Below, piece after piece: positions 10,269-19,865 of a stretch of 64,000 bases of DNA. The DNA is from an uncultured Alphaproteobacteria bacterium (GTDB lineage Bacteria > Pseudomonadota > Alphaproteobacteria > CAAHEQ01 > UBA3637). The notes beneath the pieces were generated by a model that searched no databases, was not told the origin of the DNA, and saw only the letters and a list, made by a program, of their open reading frames with translations. The stretch lies in the NCBI GenBank assembly GCA_937906925.1, contig CALCTR010000041.1:27741-91740 (forward strand), given 5' to 3'. Position 1 is the first letter of the stretch. The number at the start of each line of letters is the position of its first letter. A program made the position numbers and the translations under genes.

Positions 10269-13200
10269 ATGACTTTATTACAAGAAATAACTCAAAAACA
10301 ACAAACCGCCGCTCACCCGAGTAACTCTGTATGGGTTTCGGCATCAGCCGGATCCGGAAAGACAAAGGTTTTAACAGACAGAGTTTTAAATCTACTCCTT
10401 TCAAATACGGCTCCCGAGAAGCTTTTATGTTTGACATTTACAAAAGCAGCTGCGGCAGAAATGGCCAACCGCATCACTTCAACCCTTAAATCATGGGCTA
10501 TTGCTCCGGATGAAGAACTCATCACACAGCTAAAGAAACTTAAAGGTTTTACACCAACAGCTGAAATAATGCGAACAGCTAGAGCCTTATTTGTTAAAGT
10601 TTTAGAAACACCGGGTGGGCTTAAAATTATGACCATACATAGTTTTTGTCAATCTGTTTTAAAACGATTTCCGATTGAAGCCGAGATATCACCACAATTT
10701 GAAGTTATTGACGAAGTTACCTCTCATGCCTTAATGCAACAAGCTATTACAGAAACTTTTTTAAACACTCAATTCAAAGATGATACCGCACTTTTAAGCG
10801 ATTATCTGTATGACAAGGCAATCAAAAATATTTTTGATATGATTTTACAAAATCAATCTCTTTTAGAAGAACGGCTTGGCATACATTTAGATTTAAAAAA
10901 CATTAAAAATAACTTAAAGCAGTACTTTAATATTGCAAAATATCACTCTAAAAAAGATATAATAAATGAACATTTTTCTCTGGATAATTTTAATGAACTA
11001 AAAAATAAGTATCTCACCCAAAAAGAAACAATCAAAAGCACTCAAAAAGAAAATCCAGAAGCTTATTTAATCTGGGAAACTGTTAATCGTTTAAAAGCAT
11101 TTGACCTTGTAGAAGTAACGGTTTCCCTCACCCATTTAATTTGGCATATTTTACAAAGATATCAATCGTTAAAGAAAGAAGAATCCTTTATGGATTATGC
11201 CGATTTAATCTCAACAACCAAAAAACTTCTAAAAAAATCAGGTATGTCAGAATGGGTATTATTTAAATTAGATGGCGGTATAGACCATATTTTAATTGAT
11301 GAAGCTCAAGATACCAATCCCGAACAATGGGAAATTATCCGATTGATTTCCGAAGAGTTTTTTTCTGGATTAGGTAGTAAAACCGACATTGTTAGAACTA
11401 TTTTTGCCGTTGGTGATAAAAAACAATCTATTTATAGCTTTCAAGGTGCCGATCCAAACGAATTTGAAAAAATGCATCAGTTCTTTAAAAATAAAGTTCT
11501 TTCTTCAGAAAAACATTTTGAAACCGTTCCATTGAATATGTCATTCAGGTCAACAAAATCTGTACTGAATTTGGTTAATTTCTTACTTGACAATCCAAAA
11601 GCCAAAAAAGGCCTTTTAGATAAAAAGGAAGAAGCCATCCATATTCCCTTTAGAGATCAAGATGCCGGTCTTGTTGAAATTTGGCCGATAGAAGAACCGG
11701 AAGAAAAAGAAAATATCTCAAACTGGAGCTTTCCGGAACCCCAAAAAAATCCTTCAGCCGTTACGCGCTTAGCTCAAAAAATCGCCAATAAAATCAAACA
11801 GATGATTGGAAATGAAATTCTTGAATCTCGTGGTACTCCCATTGAAGCCGGAGATATCATGATTTTAGTTCGCAGACGCAATAAAATTGTCTCAGAATTG
11901 GTTCGGGCTTTAAAAGAAAAAAACATTCCCGTTGCGGGTGTTGACCGCATTGTTTTAACAGAACATATTGCTGTACAGGATCTAATTAGCGTAGCAAAGT
12001 TTGCTCTTTTACCGGAAGATGATTTAAATTTAGCCTGTTTATTAAAAAGTCCCTTGATAAAGTTATCTGAAGAAGAGCTTTTTGAACTGGCTCATGACAG
12101 AGGACCGACTTCTCTTTTTTACCAAATTCAAAAAGCAAAACCTGATATTGCTCAAAAATTATATACCATTTTAAATCAAGCCGATAAAATGCCTGTTTTT
12201 GAATTCTTTTCATATATATTAGGTCCTATGGGTGGTAGAAAAGATTTTTCAACAAGACTGGGTGCTGAGGTAAATGAAGCATTAGATGAATTTTTATCTC
12301 TGACACTTAATTTTGAACAGACACAAATCCCATCTTTACAAAACTTTTTAAAATGGATAAATAACCGCAAAGTTGAAATTAAACGCGACTTAGACCAATC
12401 GGGCATTAACGCCGTCAGAATTATGACCATACATGCCTCTAAAGGATTACAAGGAAATATTGTGTTTTTACCTGATACCCGCGTTGTCCCCAAAACAAAA
12501 GAAACATTCCTTTGGAATGAAAACAATATGCCTGTTTGGGTTGCCGGTTCTGCTTTAAAAATACCGCAAACAGATAAGCTTTATGAAAAGTTGGATGATT
12601 TACAGGCTGAAGAATATAATCGCCTGTTGTATGTTGCGCTGACACGAGCAAAAGACAGACTTTATATCTGTGGTTGGGATAATAAAAAAACAAAAAAAGA
12701 AACCGTTACTGCCAACTGGTATGATTTAATACTTTCCTCTTTACCTACAGAAATAAAACCGGATGCAGATAAAATTATCCGTATAACCAATCAACAACTT
12801 AAACGCATTGATATTACCCCTATAAAAACAAATACACCACAAACGATAACATTACCGAATTTTATATTTTCATCTCCGGTTAAGGAGGGGCCGCTTAGCA
12901 AACCTTTAATGCCATCAAAAAGTGATGAAGAATATGTTGAAACACACTCTGTTTTAGGTGCTGACAGATCTTATGCTATGCGTAGAGGTACTTTTATCCA
13001 TCAACTCTTGCAATATCTGCCGGATATTAAGGAAGATAAACGTCGTATGGTTGCAAACCGTTTAAAACCGGATGATATAGAAATACCCGAAAATCTCTTC
13101 ACATTATTTGAAAAAGAAGAATTTAAACATCTTTTTTCAAAAACATCTCAAGCTGAAGTACCAATTGTCGGTGTTTTGAATAACCAAGTTATATCCGGAC

Positions 13201-13424
13201 AAATTGACAGGGTCGCTATCACAGATGACTATGTTTTTCTGGTTGATTTTAAATCCGGTAAATATGTCCCGTCATCCGAACAAGAAGTACCCCTTTCCTA
13301 TCAAAAACAAATGCAAATATACAAAAATTTGCTTAAGAAAATATTTCCTGATAAAATGATACGTACATTTTTATTGTGGACTGAAAACCTAACACTTATG
13401 GAGCTTTTTAAAGATGAAAATTAA
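10269..13424 (+). CDS. addA: Double-strand break repair helicase-nuclease AddA (UvrD/Rep superfamily 1)
   Basis: Walker A 'ASAGSGKT', 'IDEAQDTNP', and C-terminal nuclease motif 'GQIDRV...LVDFKSG'. Confidence 0.9.
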   Translation: MTLLQEITQKQQTAAHPSNSVWVSASAGSGKTKVLTDRVLNLLLSNTAPEKLLCLTFTKAAAAEMANRITSTLKSWAIAPDEELITQLKKLKGFTPTAEIMRTARALFVKVLETPGGLKIMTIHSFCQSVLKRFPIEAEISPQFEVIDEVTSHALMQQAITETFLNTQFKDDTALLSDYLYDKAIKNIFDMILQNQSLLEERLGIHLDLKNIKNNLKQYFNIAKYHSKKDIINEHFSLDNFNELKNKYLTQKETIKSTQKENPEAYLIWETVNRLKAFDLVEVTVSLTHLIWHILQRYQSLKKEESFMDYADLISTTKKLLKKSGMSEWVLFKLDGGIDHILIDEAQDTNPEQWEIIRLISEEFFSGLGSKTDIVRTIFAVGDKKQSIYSFQGADPNEFEKMHQFFKNKVLSSEKHFETVPLNMSFRSTKSVLNLVNFLLDNPKAKKGLLDKKEEAIHIPFRDQDAGLVEIWPIEEPEEKENISNWSFPEPQKNPSAVTRLAQKIANKIKQMIGNEILESRGTPIEAGDIMILVRRRNKIVSELVRALKEKNIPVAGVDRIVLTEHIAVQDLISVAKFALLPEDDLNLACLLKSPLIKLSEEELFELAHDRGPTSLFYQIQKAKPDIAQKLYTILNQADKMPVFEFFSYILGPMGGRKDFSTRLGAEVNEALDEFLSLTLNFEQTQIPSLQNFLKWINNRKVEIKRDLDQSGINAVRIMTIHASKGLQGNIVFLPDTRVVPKTKETFLWNENNMPVWVAGSALKIPQTDKLYEKLDDLQAEEYNRLLYVALTRAKDRLYICGWDNKKTKKETVTANWYDLILSSLPTEIKPDADKIIRITNQQLKRIDITPIKTNTPQTITLPNFIFSSPVKEGPLSKPLMPSKSDEEYVETHSVLGADRSYAMRRGTFIHQLLQYLPDIKEDKRRMVANRLKPDDIEIPENLFTLFEKEEFKHLFSKTSQAEVPIVGVLNNQVISGQIDRVAITDDYVFLVDFKSGKYVPSSEQEVPLSYQKQMQIYKNLLKKIFPDKMIRTFLLWTENLTLMELFKDEN

Positions 13425-14160
13425 AACTGCTGTATCCGCCCTTTGTACTTCACTTTTCTTTCTTTCAGCCTGTTCAACGTTACCTAAAACCCCGAACAAC
13501 TTTGAAAGAAAAATTATTGAAACTGAAAAGCTTAACTTCATCGTATGGGAAAAAAATAACATTCAAAAAAAAGATACTTTACGCTTTTATATTGAAGGCA
13601 ACGGAAATCCGAACCCTAAAAAAGCTATTGCTTTAGCATTGGCAAATGAGGATGATTTTAATAATATCGTTGTCTTAACGCGTCCTTGCCAATATATCAA
13701 TAATAAAATTTGTCAAAACAAAGATATTTGGACAACACAACGTTACCACCCTGAAATTATTAAAGAAATGCAGGAAATCATATTGTTTTATATAAAGAAA
13801 TATCAAGTAAAACAAATAGAATTTGTTGCTTATAGTGATGCGGCTCCATTAGCTTTTATTTTTGCTCAGCACCTGGGCGGTGCAAAAAAAATCATCACCG
13901 TTGCGGGTGTATTAGATATTGAATCATACGCAAGACAAAATAACCTACCTAATTTTAAAGAAGCACAAAACTTAACCGGAATAAAAAACTTTGTAGCTAA
14001 CATTGAACAAATACACTATATCGGATCTGAAGATACGATTGTAACTCAAAGTATGACAGAACGATTTGTATCTAAATTAAATAACCCCAAAAACATTACT
14101 GTTAAAGTTGTCCATGGATTTGATCACGATGACTGGGATAAAATAAAGCTAAAATATTAA
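13414..14160 (+). CDS. Lipoprotein with alpha/beta-hydrolase features, tentatively VirJ/AcvB-like
   Basis: Lipobox 'FFLSAC'. 'LRFYIEGNGN' and 'FVAYSDAAPLAF' align by eye with the VirJ-family 'SGDGGW' and 'GYSFGADVLPF' segments, with the serine retained. 248 aa. Overlaps the addA stop. Confidence 0.4.
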   Translation: MKIKTAVSALCTSLFFLSACSTLPKTPNNFERKIIETEKLNFIVWEKNNIQKKDTLRFYIEGNGNPNPKKAIALALANEDDFNNIVVLTRPCQYINNKICQNKDIWTTQRYHPEIIKEMQEIILFYIKKYQVKQIEFVAYSDAAPLAFIFAQHLGGAKKIITVAGVLDIESYARQNNLPNFKEAQNLTGIKNFVANIEQIHYIGSEDTIVTQSMTERFVSKLNNPKNITVKVVHGFDHDDWDKIKLKY

Positions 14161-16370
14161 TCTTCTATAATCGGTCTAAACTGGATTTGCCCTATTGTCG
14201 CCATTTGTTCCGCCTGACGGATAATATTGTCCGGCATTTTCGGAGCCGGTTTCATAGACGTTAATGTTTTATACTCCGGATGTTTAAAGCACAATGGCGT
14301 TTCAGCCCTAATCGGCCGAGTTAAATGACCGGAATATAAAACCAGCTGCTTATTAGGTGCCATAGAAAGAATACCGGAACCACCGATAACACTATCAGCT
14401 TGTGTTTTAATTTTATGGCTGTATTCATGGTATAAATTAAAACCCATTTTGGATTTTGCCGTTGGTATTAAAGAACCGGACCAATCAAAAAATGATCGCT
14501 TACCACTATAGGAATGCACAACCTTTGTCAAAGTTTCAATTCCTTTTAATAACGGTTGACGCGTTAACGGATTATTCTGTCTTTTAATAATTTTAACCGC
14601 TACAGAACTCATAATAACATCTGCCGTTTCCTGATCATATTTAACGGTAATTTGATGCCAATCTTGAACACAAACCAAGAATTTATTTTGTTTTGATCTG
14701 CCAAAAACGATACCATCCGTAATACTTGAAAGCGATGGCATATGATGAAATTCATCCAAAATAAAACTAGTCGGACAAGGCCCAGCCCCCCCTTCATTAG
14801 GACCAAACTCCATCAAATACTGAGTTGACATATTAATAAATAAACTGCTTAACAACACACAAGCACTTAAATCAGAAAAAGGAACAGACATATAAACTGT
14901 TACCGGTTGATAAGTGCCTGTTTTTTCATCTTTCATACCCCTTAACTGCTCATAGCAAAAATCATTCATTGAAGTATGATGACGAACTGCAGCATTTTTA
15001 AAAATATTGACACCGGACAGAGCCATAGAAACAACGGATCCGCGTTGCTTATCCGGCAGTGTTAAAACTTGATTTAACTCCAAAAGAGTTCTGCGCCCAT
15101 ATCCGTAATATGCTGTTTCTAAAACAATTTTTTCAAAAATCATTTGCCATGCATCCATATCCATAGCACTCATATCTTGCTGCTTTTGTTTAACAGATAT
15201 TTGGTAATTAGCCTGAATCTGAGCATTATTGATAATATCTAAAAGCATGGCAAAACAAGCGTCAAAACCTCGCCATGATTCAGGGATTAAATCCCATGAC
15301 CCAATCGGCAAATAATTAGAAAGCGTTAGCGTTTTATCTTGTACATTTTTTTTAGCAGCAATTACTTCCGGAAAATCACGCATAGACTCATAATAAGATA
15401 AAAGAACGTCATAATCTTCCGCATCCATTAACCCATTGCCGATACGATAAAGAAAATAGTCATTTGCTTTGGCTTGATCAACTTTACCGCAAAGATATCC
15501 TGTTAACCCTGTTAAACATCCTCTGCCTGTTTTAACCCAATAAGGATCGGTTCCCGTCGGCCCATCCGGAATAAGATATGAAACCAAACCATCTATGTAC
15601 CCTTCCCGCCCATCTTTTAATGAGGGTAAATTACCCGCTCCGATCGGATTCCATGACGGCCATCTGACATTGTTATTTAAATCATCTTTTCCCATCCAAT
15701 TCAACATAAAAACAGGACCTAATGTAGCTCTGTAGCCACTGGTTAATTTGGCCAGTTCACCTTTAGGATCATGAACAATAACGCTAGAATTTTTTTCTTC
15801 TAAAATAGCAGGTACGATAACCCCCATTGTTTTACCTGAAGATGGACAACCGATACAAAAAACGGATCGCGTATCCGGCAATTTAATTTTTTTACCGCCA
15901 AAAAGTCCCAACATTAAGTGTTTTCCGTCAAATAATCCAAATTTTTTAACCTCTTCGGCAATAGCCTCACGCCCATCACCAAATGATTGTGGTGCTAAAT
16001 AAAACGGGTTTAAAATAAAAAGCATAAACTCATAACCTAAAAAGAGGAATGTCGGGAATAATAAACTTCGCCACATAAAATAACTACGCCAGGTTTTATG
16101 TTGCGGTTCATCAAAAAAATAAAGCATTAACCAATCAAAATAATCACGATACGGTTTTAGCAAATCACTTAAAGTAACCTGTTGGATATAATTTGCCAAA
16201 TAACTCCAAGAGTCAGCGGAAAAACCCTCTTTAATCACAAAACAAAATGGCACAAAAAAGAGCAATAATCCCCAGAATATCATAATACCGATTAAGGCAC
16301 GCCAAAACCACCATTTGATACAATTCATTGCGAATTTTTTTGGCTTTAAAAAGCTTAACCCTTTTAGCAT
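14157..16370 (-). CDS. Type IV secretion coupling protein (VirD4/TraG family ATPase)
   Basis: Start moved to 'MLKGLSF' (ATG 16370), 1 nt after the upstream stop. N-terminal TM helices, Walker A 'GCPSSGKT', 'VHDPKGELAK' and Walker B-like 'FILDEFHH'. Confidence 0.8.
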   Translation of the reverse strand: MLKGLSFLKPKKFAMNCIKWWFWRALIGIMIFWGLLLFFVPFCFVIKEGFSADSWSYLANYIQQVTLSDLLKPYRDYFDWLMLYFFDEPQHKTWRSYFMWRSLLFPTFLFLGYEFMLFILNPFYLAPQSFGDGREAIAEEVKKFGLFDGKHLMLGLFGGKKIKLPDTRSVFCIGCPSSGKTMGVIVPAILEEKNSSVIVHDPKGELAKLTSGYRATLGPVFMLNWMGKDDLNNNVRWPSWNPIGAGNLPSLKDGREGYIDGLVSYLIPDGPTGTDPYWVKTGRGCLTGLTGYLCGKVDQAKANDYFLYRIGNGLMDAEDYDVLLSYYESMRDFPEVIAAKKNVQDKTLTLSNYLPIGSWDLIPESWRGFDACFAMLLDIINNAQIQANYQISVKQKQQDMSAMDMDAWQMIFEKIVLETAYYGYGRRTLLELNQVLTLPDKQRGSVVSMALSGVNIFKNAAVRHHTSMNDFCYEQLRGMKDEKTGTYQPVTVYMSVPFSDLSACVLLSSLFINMSTQYLMEFGPNEGGAGPCPTSFILDEFHHMPSLSSITDGIVFGRSKQNKFLVCVQDWHQITVKYDQETADVIMSSVAVKIIKRQNNPLTRQPLLKGIETLTKVVHSYSGKRSFFDWSGSLIPTAKSKMGFNLYHEYSHKIKTQADSVIGGSGILSMAPNKQLVLYSGHLTRPIRAETPLCFKHPEYKTLTSMKPAPKMPDNIIRQAEQMATIGQIQFRPIIED

Positions 16371-16371
16371 A

Positions 16372-17481
16372 TTACCCCTTTGTTTTAAATTTAACCTTTT
16401 CAACAACCCTTGATTTTGTCGTAACCTTGTGAGGTATACCATCTTCACTTGTGGCTGTTGCATCTAGCCCTGAAGAAAAAGTCTGCACCCCTTCATCCGC
16501 ACCTTCAAATGTACTTTTTTTGATTAAAACAGGCGGATCCTCTGTTTCAGCTTTTTCTAAAACAATAACTTCTGTTTCTTCCTTATCTGGTATGATGTCT
16601 TGTTTTTCATTTTTTAATGAAATTGGCCAAGCCCTATATTCATTCGGTTCCACGTCTTTCTTATCCGGTCTTTTAAGTACCATTTCCGGAGGTACTTCTT
16701 TTTTAACCTTTTTTTGACCGAAAAGCCGCAGTTTTTCCTCATTTTCTTTTAAAATGGCCTCTTCCATCTTTCTCTTTTTTTTCTCTTTTGTTTTTCTAAG
16801 GTCAAAATAATATTTTTGTAAACCGTTTAAACTTAAAAGCTGTTTAGGATCAATATAAGTACCGGATAAATTAATTCCGTCTAAAGCAAAATTTGACAAA
16901 TCTAAGCCGATTAAATCTATTTTACTTAAATCCAACCTGCGAATATCTACGCACAATAAATCACTTTTGGACAATGTGCGAATATCTATCTTACCTGTTT
17001 CAATGAGTAACAAAAATTTATCAAAATCCGAAAAATACTTTTCGGCATCAGAATCTAGCATGGTATTTTTAAAATCATTATTTCTGGAGAATACCCGTTT
17101 CAAAGAAACATCTTGAAATTTTGATCCTGAAAAAACAGCCTCTTCCATGTAGGCATCATCAAACTTTGCCCCACTAAAATCACAGTTACGGGCTTTTGTT
17201 TGATAAATAATAGCTTTTGAGAAATTACACCCGCTGAAATCAACCCCCGAAATATCCGCTCCTTTAAGATTTATGCCGGTATAATCTTTACCGGAAACAT
17301 CTTTGCCGGCTTTAATATCTTCTAACAATGTTACGGCTCTTAAATCTGTTAAATAGCTTTCACGTTCTGAGGGTAAAATAAATTCACGTTTATCAATGCC
17401 TAAAGTAAATAAAACAATATCCGTTTCACTTACTTTAACATCTTGAAATTTTCTTTCAGGTCGTTTCATTTCTACAGCCAT
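16372..17481 (-). CDS. Pentapeptide-repeat protein with a charged, disordered C-terminal half
   Basis: Start taken at 'MAVEMKRPE'. Two repeat blocks: 'GINLKGADISGVDFSGCNFSKAIIYQTKARNCDFSGAKFDDAYMEEAVFSGSKF' and 'DIRRLDLSKIDLIGLDLSNFALDGINLSG'. K/E-rich tail ends in 'KVKFKTKG'. Confidence 0.8.
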   Translation of the reverse strand: MAVEMKRPERKFQDVKVSETDIVLFTLGIDKREFILPSERESYLTDLRAVTLLEDIKAGKDVSGKDYTGINLKGADISGVDFSGCNFSKAIIYQTKARNCDFSGAKFDDAYMEEAVFSGSKFQDVSLKRVFSRNNDFKNTMLDSDAEKYFSDFDKFLLLIETGKIDIRTLSKSDLLCVDIRRLDLSKIDLIGLDLSNFALDGINLSGTYIDPKQLLSLNGLQKYYFDLRKTKEKKKRKMEEAILKENEEKLRLFGQKKVKKEVPPEMVLKRPDKKDVEPNEYRAWPISLKNEKQDIIPDKEETEVIVLEKAETEDPPVLIKKSTFEGADEGVQTFSSGLDATATSEDGIPHKVTTKSRVVEKVKFKTKG

Positions 17482-17585
17482 AAGATTATTATAACACAGA
17501 AAATTAAAAAAGAAATAAAAAAAATGATGACATTTTAAAATTCTTGTATTATAAATAAATGATTCAATGAAAGGATCCAAACAAA

Positions 17586-18077
17586 ATGCTCGTTCAAAGC
17601 CGTCTCAACAGTACGTTTTACCTTCTTGGTCTTTCTTTTTTAACCGTTATAATTGATCAACTCAGTAAATCGGCAGCTGTTAGCTATTTATCTTTTCATC
17701 AACCGATTGCTGTTACATCTTTCTTTAATCTTTTTTTAACTTATAATAAAGGTGTCAGTTTTTCTTTATTTTCAAACACCAATCCCTTGATGCCTTTTTT
17801 CCTTAGCTTGATGGGCTTAATCATCTGTTTGTTTGTCTTTTTTTGGATGAAAAAAGAAAAAGATACGCTTGTCAAGTTGGGATTGGCTTTAATTTTAGGC
17901 GGTGCGATTGGCAATATTATTGACCGCCTTAGATTTGGATATGTTATTGACTTTTTAGATTTTTATTACAAAACACATCACTGGCCAGCATTTAACGGAG
18001 CTGATTCGTTTATCTGTATCGGTGCATTTATTATTTTTATTAAAATATTTTTCAAAAAAGAAGAGGTAAAAAAATGA
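17586..18077 (+). CDS. lspA: Lipoprotein signal peptidase (signal peptidase II)
   Basis: 'YNKGVSFS', 'GGAIGNIIDR' and 'VIDFLDF' motifs; four TM segments. Confidence 0.9.
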   Translation: MLVQSRLNSTFYLLGLSFLTVIIDQLSKSAAVSYLSFHQPIAVTSFFNLFLTYNKGVSFSLFSNTNPLMPFFLSLMGLIICLFVFFWMKKEKDTLVKLGLALILGGAIGNIIDRLRFGYVIDFLDFYYKTHHWPAFNGADSFICIGAFIIFIKIFFKKEEVKK

Positions 18078-18253
18078 AAAAACTCATTTTTATTTGTATG
18101 ATACTGTGCTTAGCCGGTTGTGCTGAAAAAAAGCCGCCTTTAACCCCTACACAAGTCGTTAATGGCAAATCTATAGTTATGCCACCCGAATTTTTTGTTT
18201 TACCTAAAATAAACGAAAACACATCTACAACCCCAACAATAACCGAGGAGTAA
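18074..18253 (+). CDS. Small lipoprotein (59 aa), absent from the ORF track; possibly the DUF3035/BamF-like family
   Basis: My translation: [59 protein letters not shown]. Lipobox 'LAGC'. ATGA overlap with the lspA stop. The 180 nt are in frame. Confidence 0.65.
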   Translation: MKKLIFICMILCLAGCAEKKPPLTPTQVVNGKSIVMPPEFFVLPKINENTSTTPTITEE

Positions 18254-18257
18254 TCTT

Positions 18258-19856
18258 ATGACTATTTATGACGATTTGGTAGCCCATCAAAAATCCATTT
18301 CCCAAACACACTTACGCCAATTATTTCAAAAAGATACTGATCGGTTTAATAAATTTCATGCAACGTTCAATGATTTTGTACTGGATTATTCCAAAAACAA
18401 AATTACCGATGAGACAATGGATTTGCTTTTTAAACTAGCAAAAGAATCTCATTTAAAAGAAGAAATTAATGCTATGTTTGAAGGTAAAAAAATCAATTCA
18501 ACAGAGCATAGAGCTGTTTTACATACCGCTCTTAGAAACAGAGCTAACACTCCTGTTTTTGTAGATAATACGGATGTAATGCCTCAAATTAACACTGTTT
18601 TAGAACAAATGCATCTGTTTTCTGATAAAGTCAGACAAGGTAAACACAAAGGAGCAACAGGTAAAAGCATCAAAGATGTGGTTAATATCGGTATCGGAGG
18701 GTCGGATTTAGGTCCACAAATGGCTCATGATGCGCTCTATTTTTATAAAACCGATGCCCTCAGATTCCATTTTGTTTCCAATGTGGATGGAACGGATATT
18801 ACTGAAACTCTTAAAAAATGTAATCCTGAAACAACATTATTTATTATTTCATCCAAAACATTTACAACTCAAGAAACAATGACAAATGCCAAAACAGCTA
18901 GAGATTGGTTAGTAGTCCATTTGGGCGAAGAAGCAACAAAAGAACATTTCGTCGCCGTTTCAACAAACGAAAAAGCCGTTAAAGAATTTGGCATTAATCC
19001 GGATAATATGTTTGTATTTTGGGATTTTGTTGGAGGCCGATATTCTTTATGGTCTGCCATTGGTCTATCCCTTATGTTGGCAATCGGATATGAAGCCTTT
19101 TGTGAAATGCTTCAGGGTGCTTATGAGATGGATATGCACTTTAAAAATACACCATTTAATCAAAATCTACCTGTTATTTTAGGGCTTATCGGTATTTGGT
19201 ATACAACTTATTTCAATGCCGAGAGCTACGCGGTTTTACCTTATGATCAATATTTAAATAAATTACCACTTTATCTACAACAGCTGGATATGGAAAGCAA
19301 TGGTAAAAGCGTTAAAAAAAGCGGTAAACAAGTTGATTATTCAACCGGTCCCATCTTATTTGGAACTCCCGGAACAAACGGTCAACATTCATTTTATCAA
19401 CTCATTCATCAAGGAACACATTTAATCCCTGTTGATTTTATTGCTCCTATTTACTCTCTTAACGAAACCGGTAATCATCATGATATTTTACTTGCAAACG
19501 TTATTGCACAATCAGAAGCCTTAATGCTTGGCAAAACAAAAGAAGAATTAGAGATTGAAGGCGTTGCAAATGAGCTCATTCCATTTAAAATTTTTGATGG
19601 AAACCGTCCTAGCAACACACTATTATTTAACAAAATGACTCCCAAGACATTTGGTTCTTTAATTGCACTTTACGAACACAAAGTTTTTGTACAAGGCGTC
19701 ATTTGGCATGTTAATAGTTTTGATCAATTCGGAGTGGAATTAGGTAAACAGTTAGCAAAAGCAGTATTGCCCGAATTAACTGATAAAAATAAAGAGCTTA
19801 AACATGATTCTTCAACTAATGCATTAATAGAAAAAATCAGACAAGCACGCTTATAA
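18258..19856 (+). CDS. pgi: Glucose-6-phosphate isomerase
   Basis: 'GIGGSDLGP', 'SKTFTTQET' and '[15 protein letters not shown]'. Confidence 0.93.
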   Translation: MTIYDDLVAHQKSISQTHLRQLFQKDTDRFNKFHATFNDFVLDYSKNKITDETMDLLFKLAKESHLKEEINAMFEGKKINSTEHRAVLHTALRNRANTPVFVDNTDVMPQINTVLEQMHLFSDKVRQGKHKGATGKSIKDVVNIGIGGSDLGPQMAHDALYFYKTDALRFHFVSNVDGTDITETLKKCNPETTLFIISSKTFTTQETMTNAKTARDWLVVHLGEEATKEHFVAVSTNEKAVKEFGINPDNMFVFWDFVGGRYSLWSAIGLSLMLAIGYEAFCEMLQGAYEMDMHFKNTPFNQNLPVILGLIGIWYTTYFNAESYAVLPYDQYLNKLPLYLQQLDMESNGKSVKKSGKQVDYSTGPILFGTPGTNGQHSFYQLIHQGTHLIPVDFIAPIYSLNETGNHHDILLANVIAQSEALMLGKTKEELEIEGVANELIPFKIFDGNRPSNTLLFNKMTPKTFGSLIALYEHKVFVQGVIWHVNSFDQFGVELGKQLAKAVLPELTDKNKELKHDSSTNALIEKIRQARL

Positions 19857-19865
19857 GAGAAGTTT

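Noticed and set aside
16371-16463. A 92-nt overlap between the coupling-protein ORF and the pentapeptide-repeat ORF
   Set aside because: An internal ATG at 16370 lies 1 nt after the upstream stop and precedes the first TM helix. The overlap is most simply an artefact of longest-ORF calling.
17482-17580. N-terminal extension of the pentapeptide-repeat ORF ('MDPFIESFIYNTRILKCHHFFYFFF...')
   Set aside because: It is low-complexity AT-rich translation of the promoter region shared with lspA. 'MAVEMKRPE' is the more plausible start.
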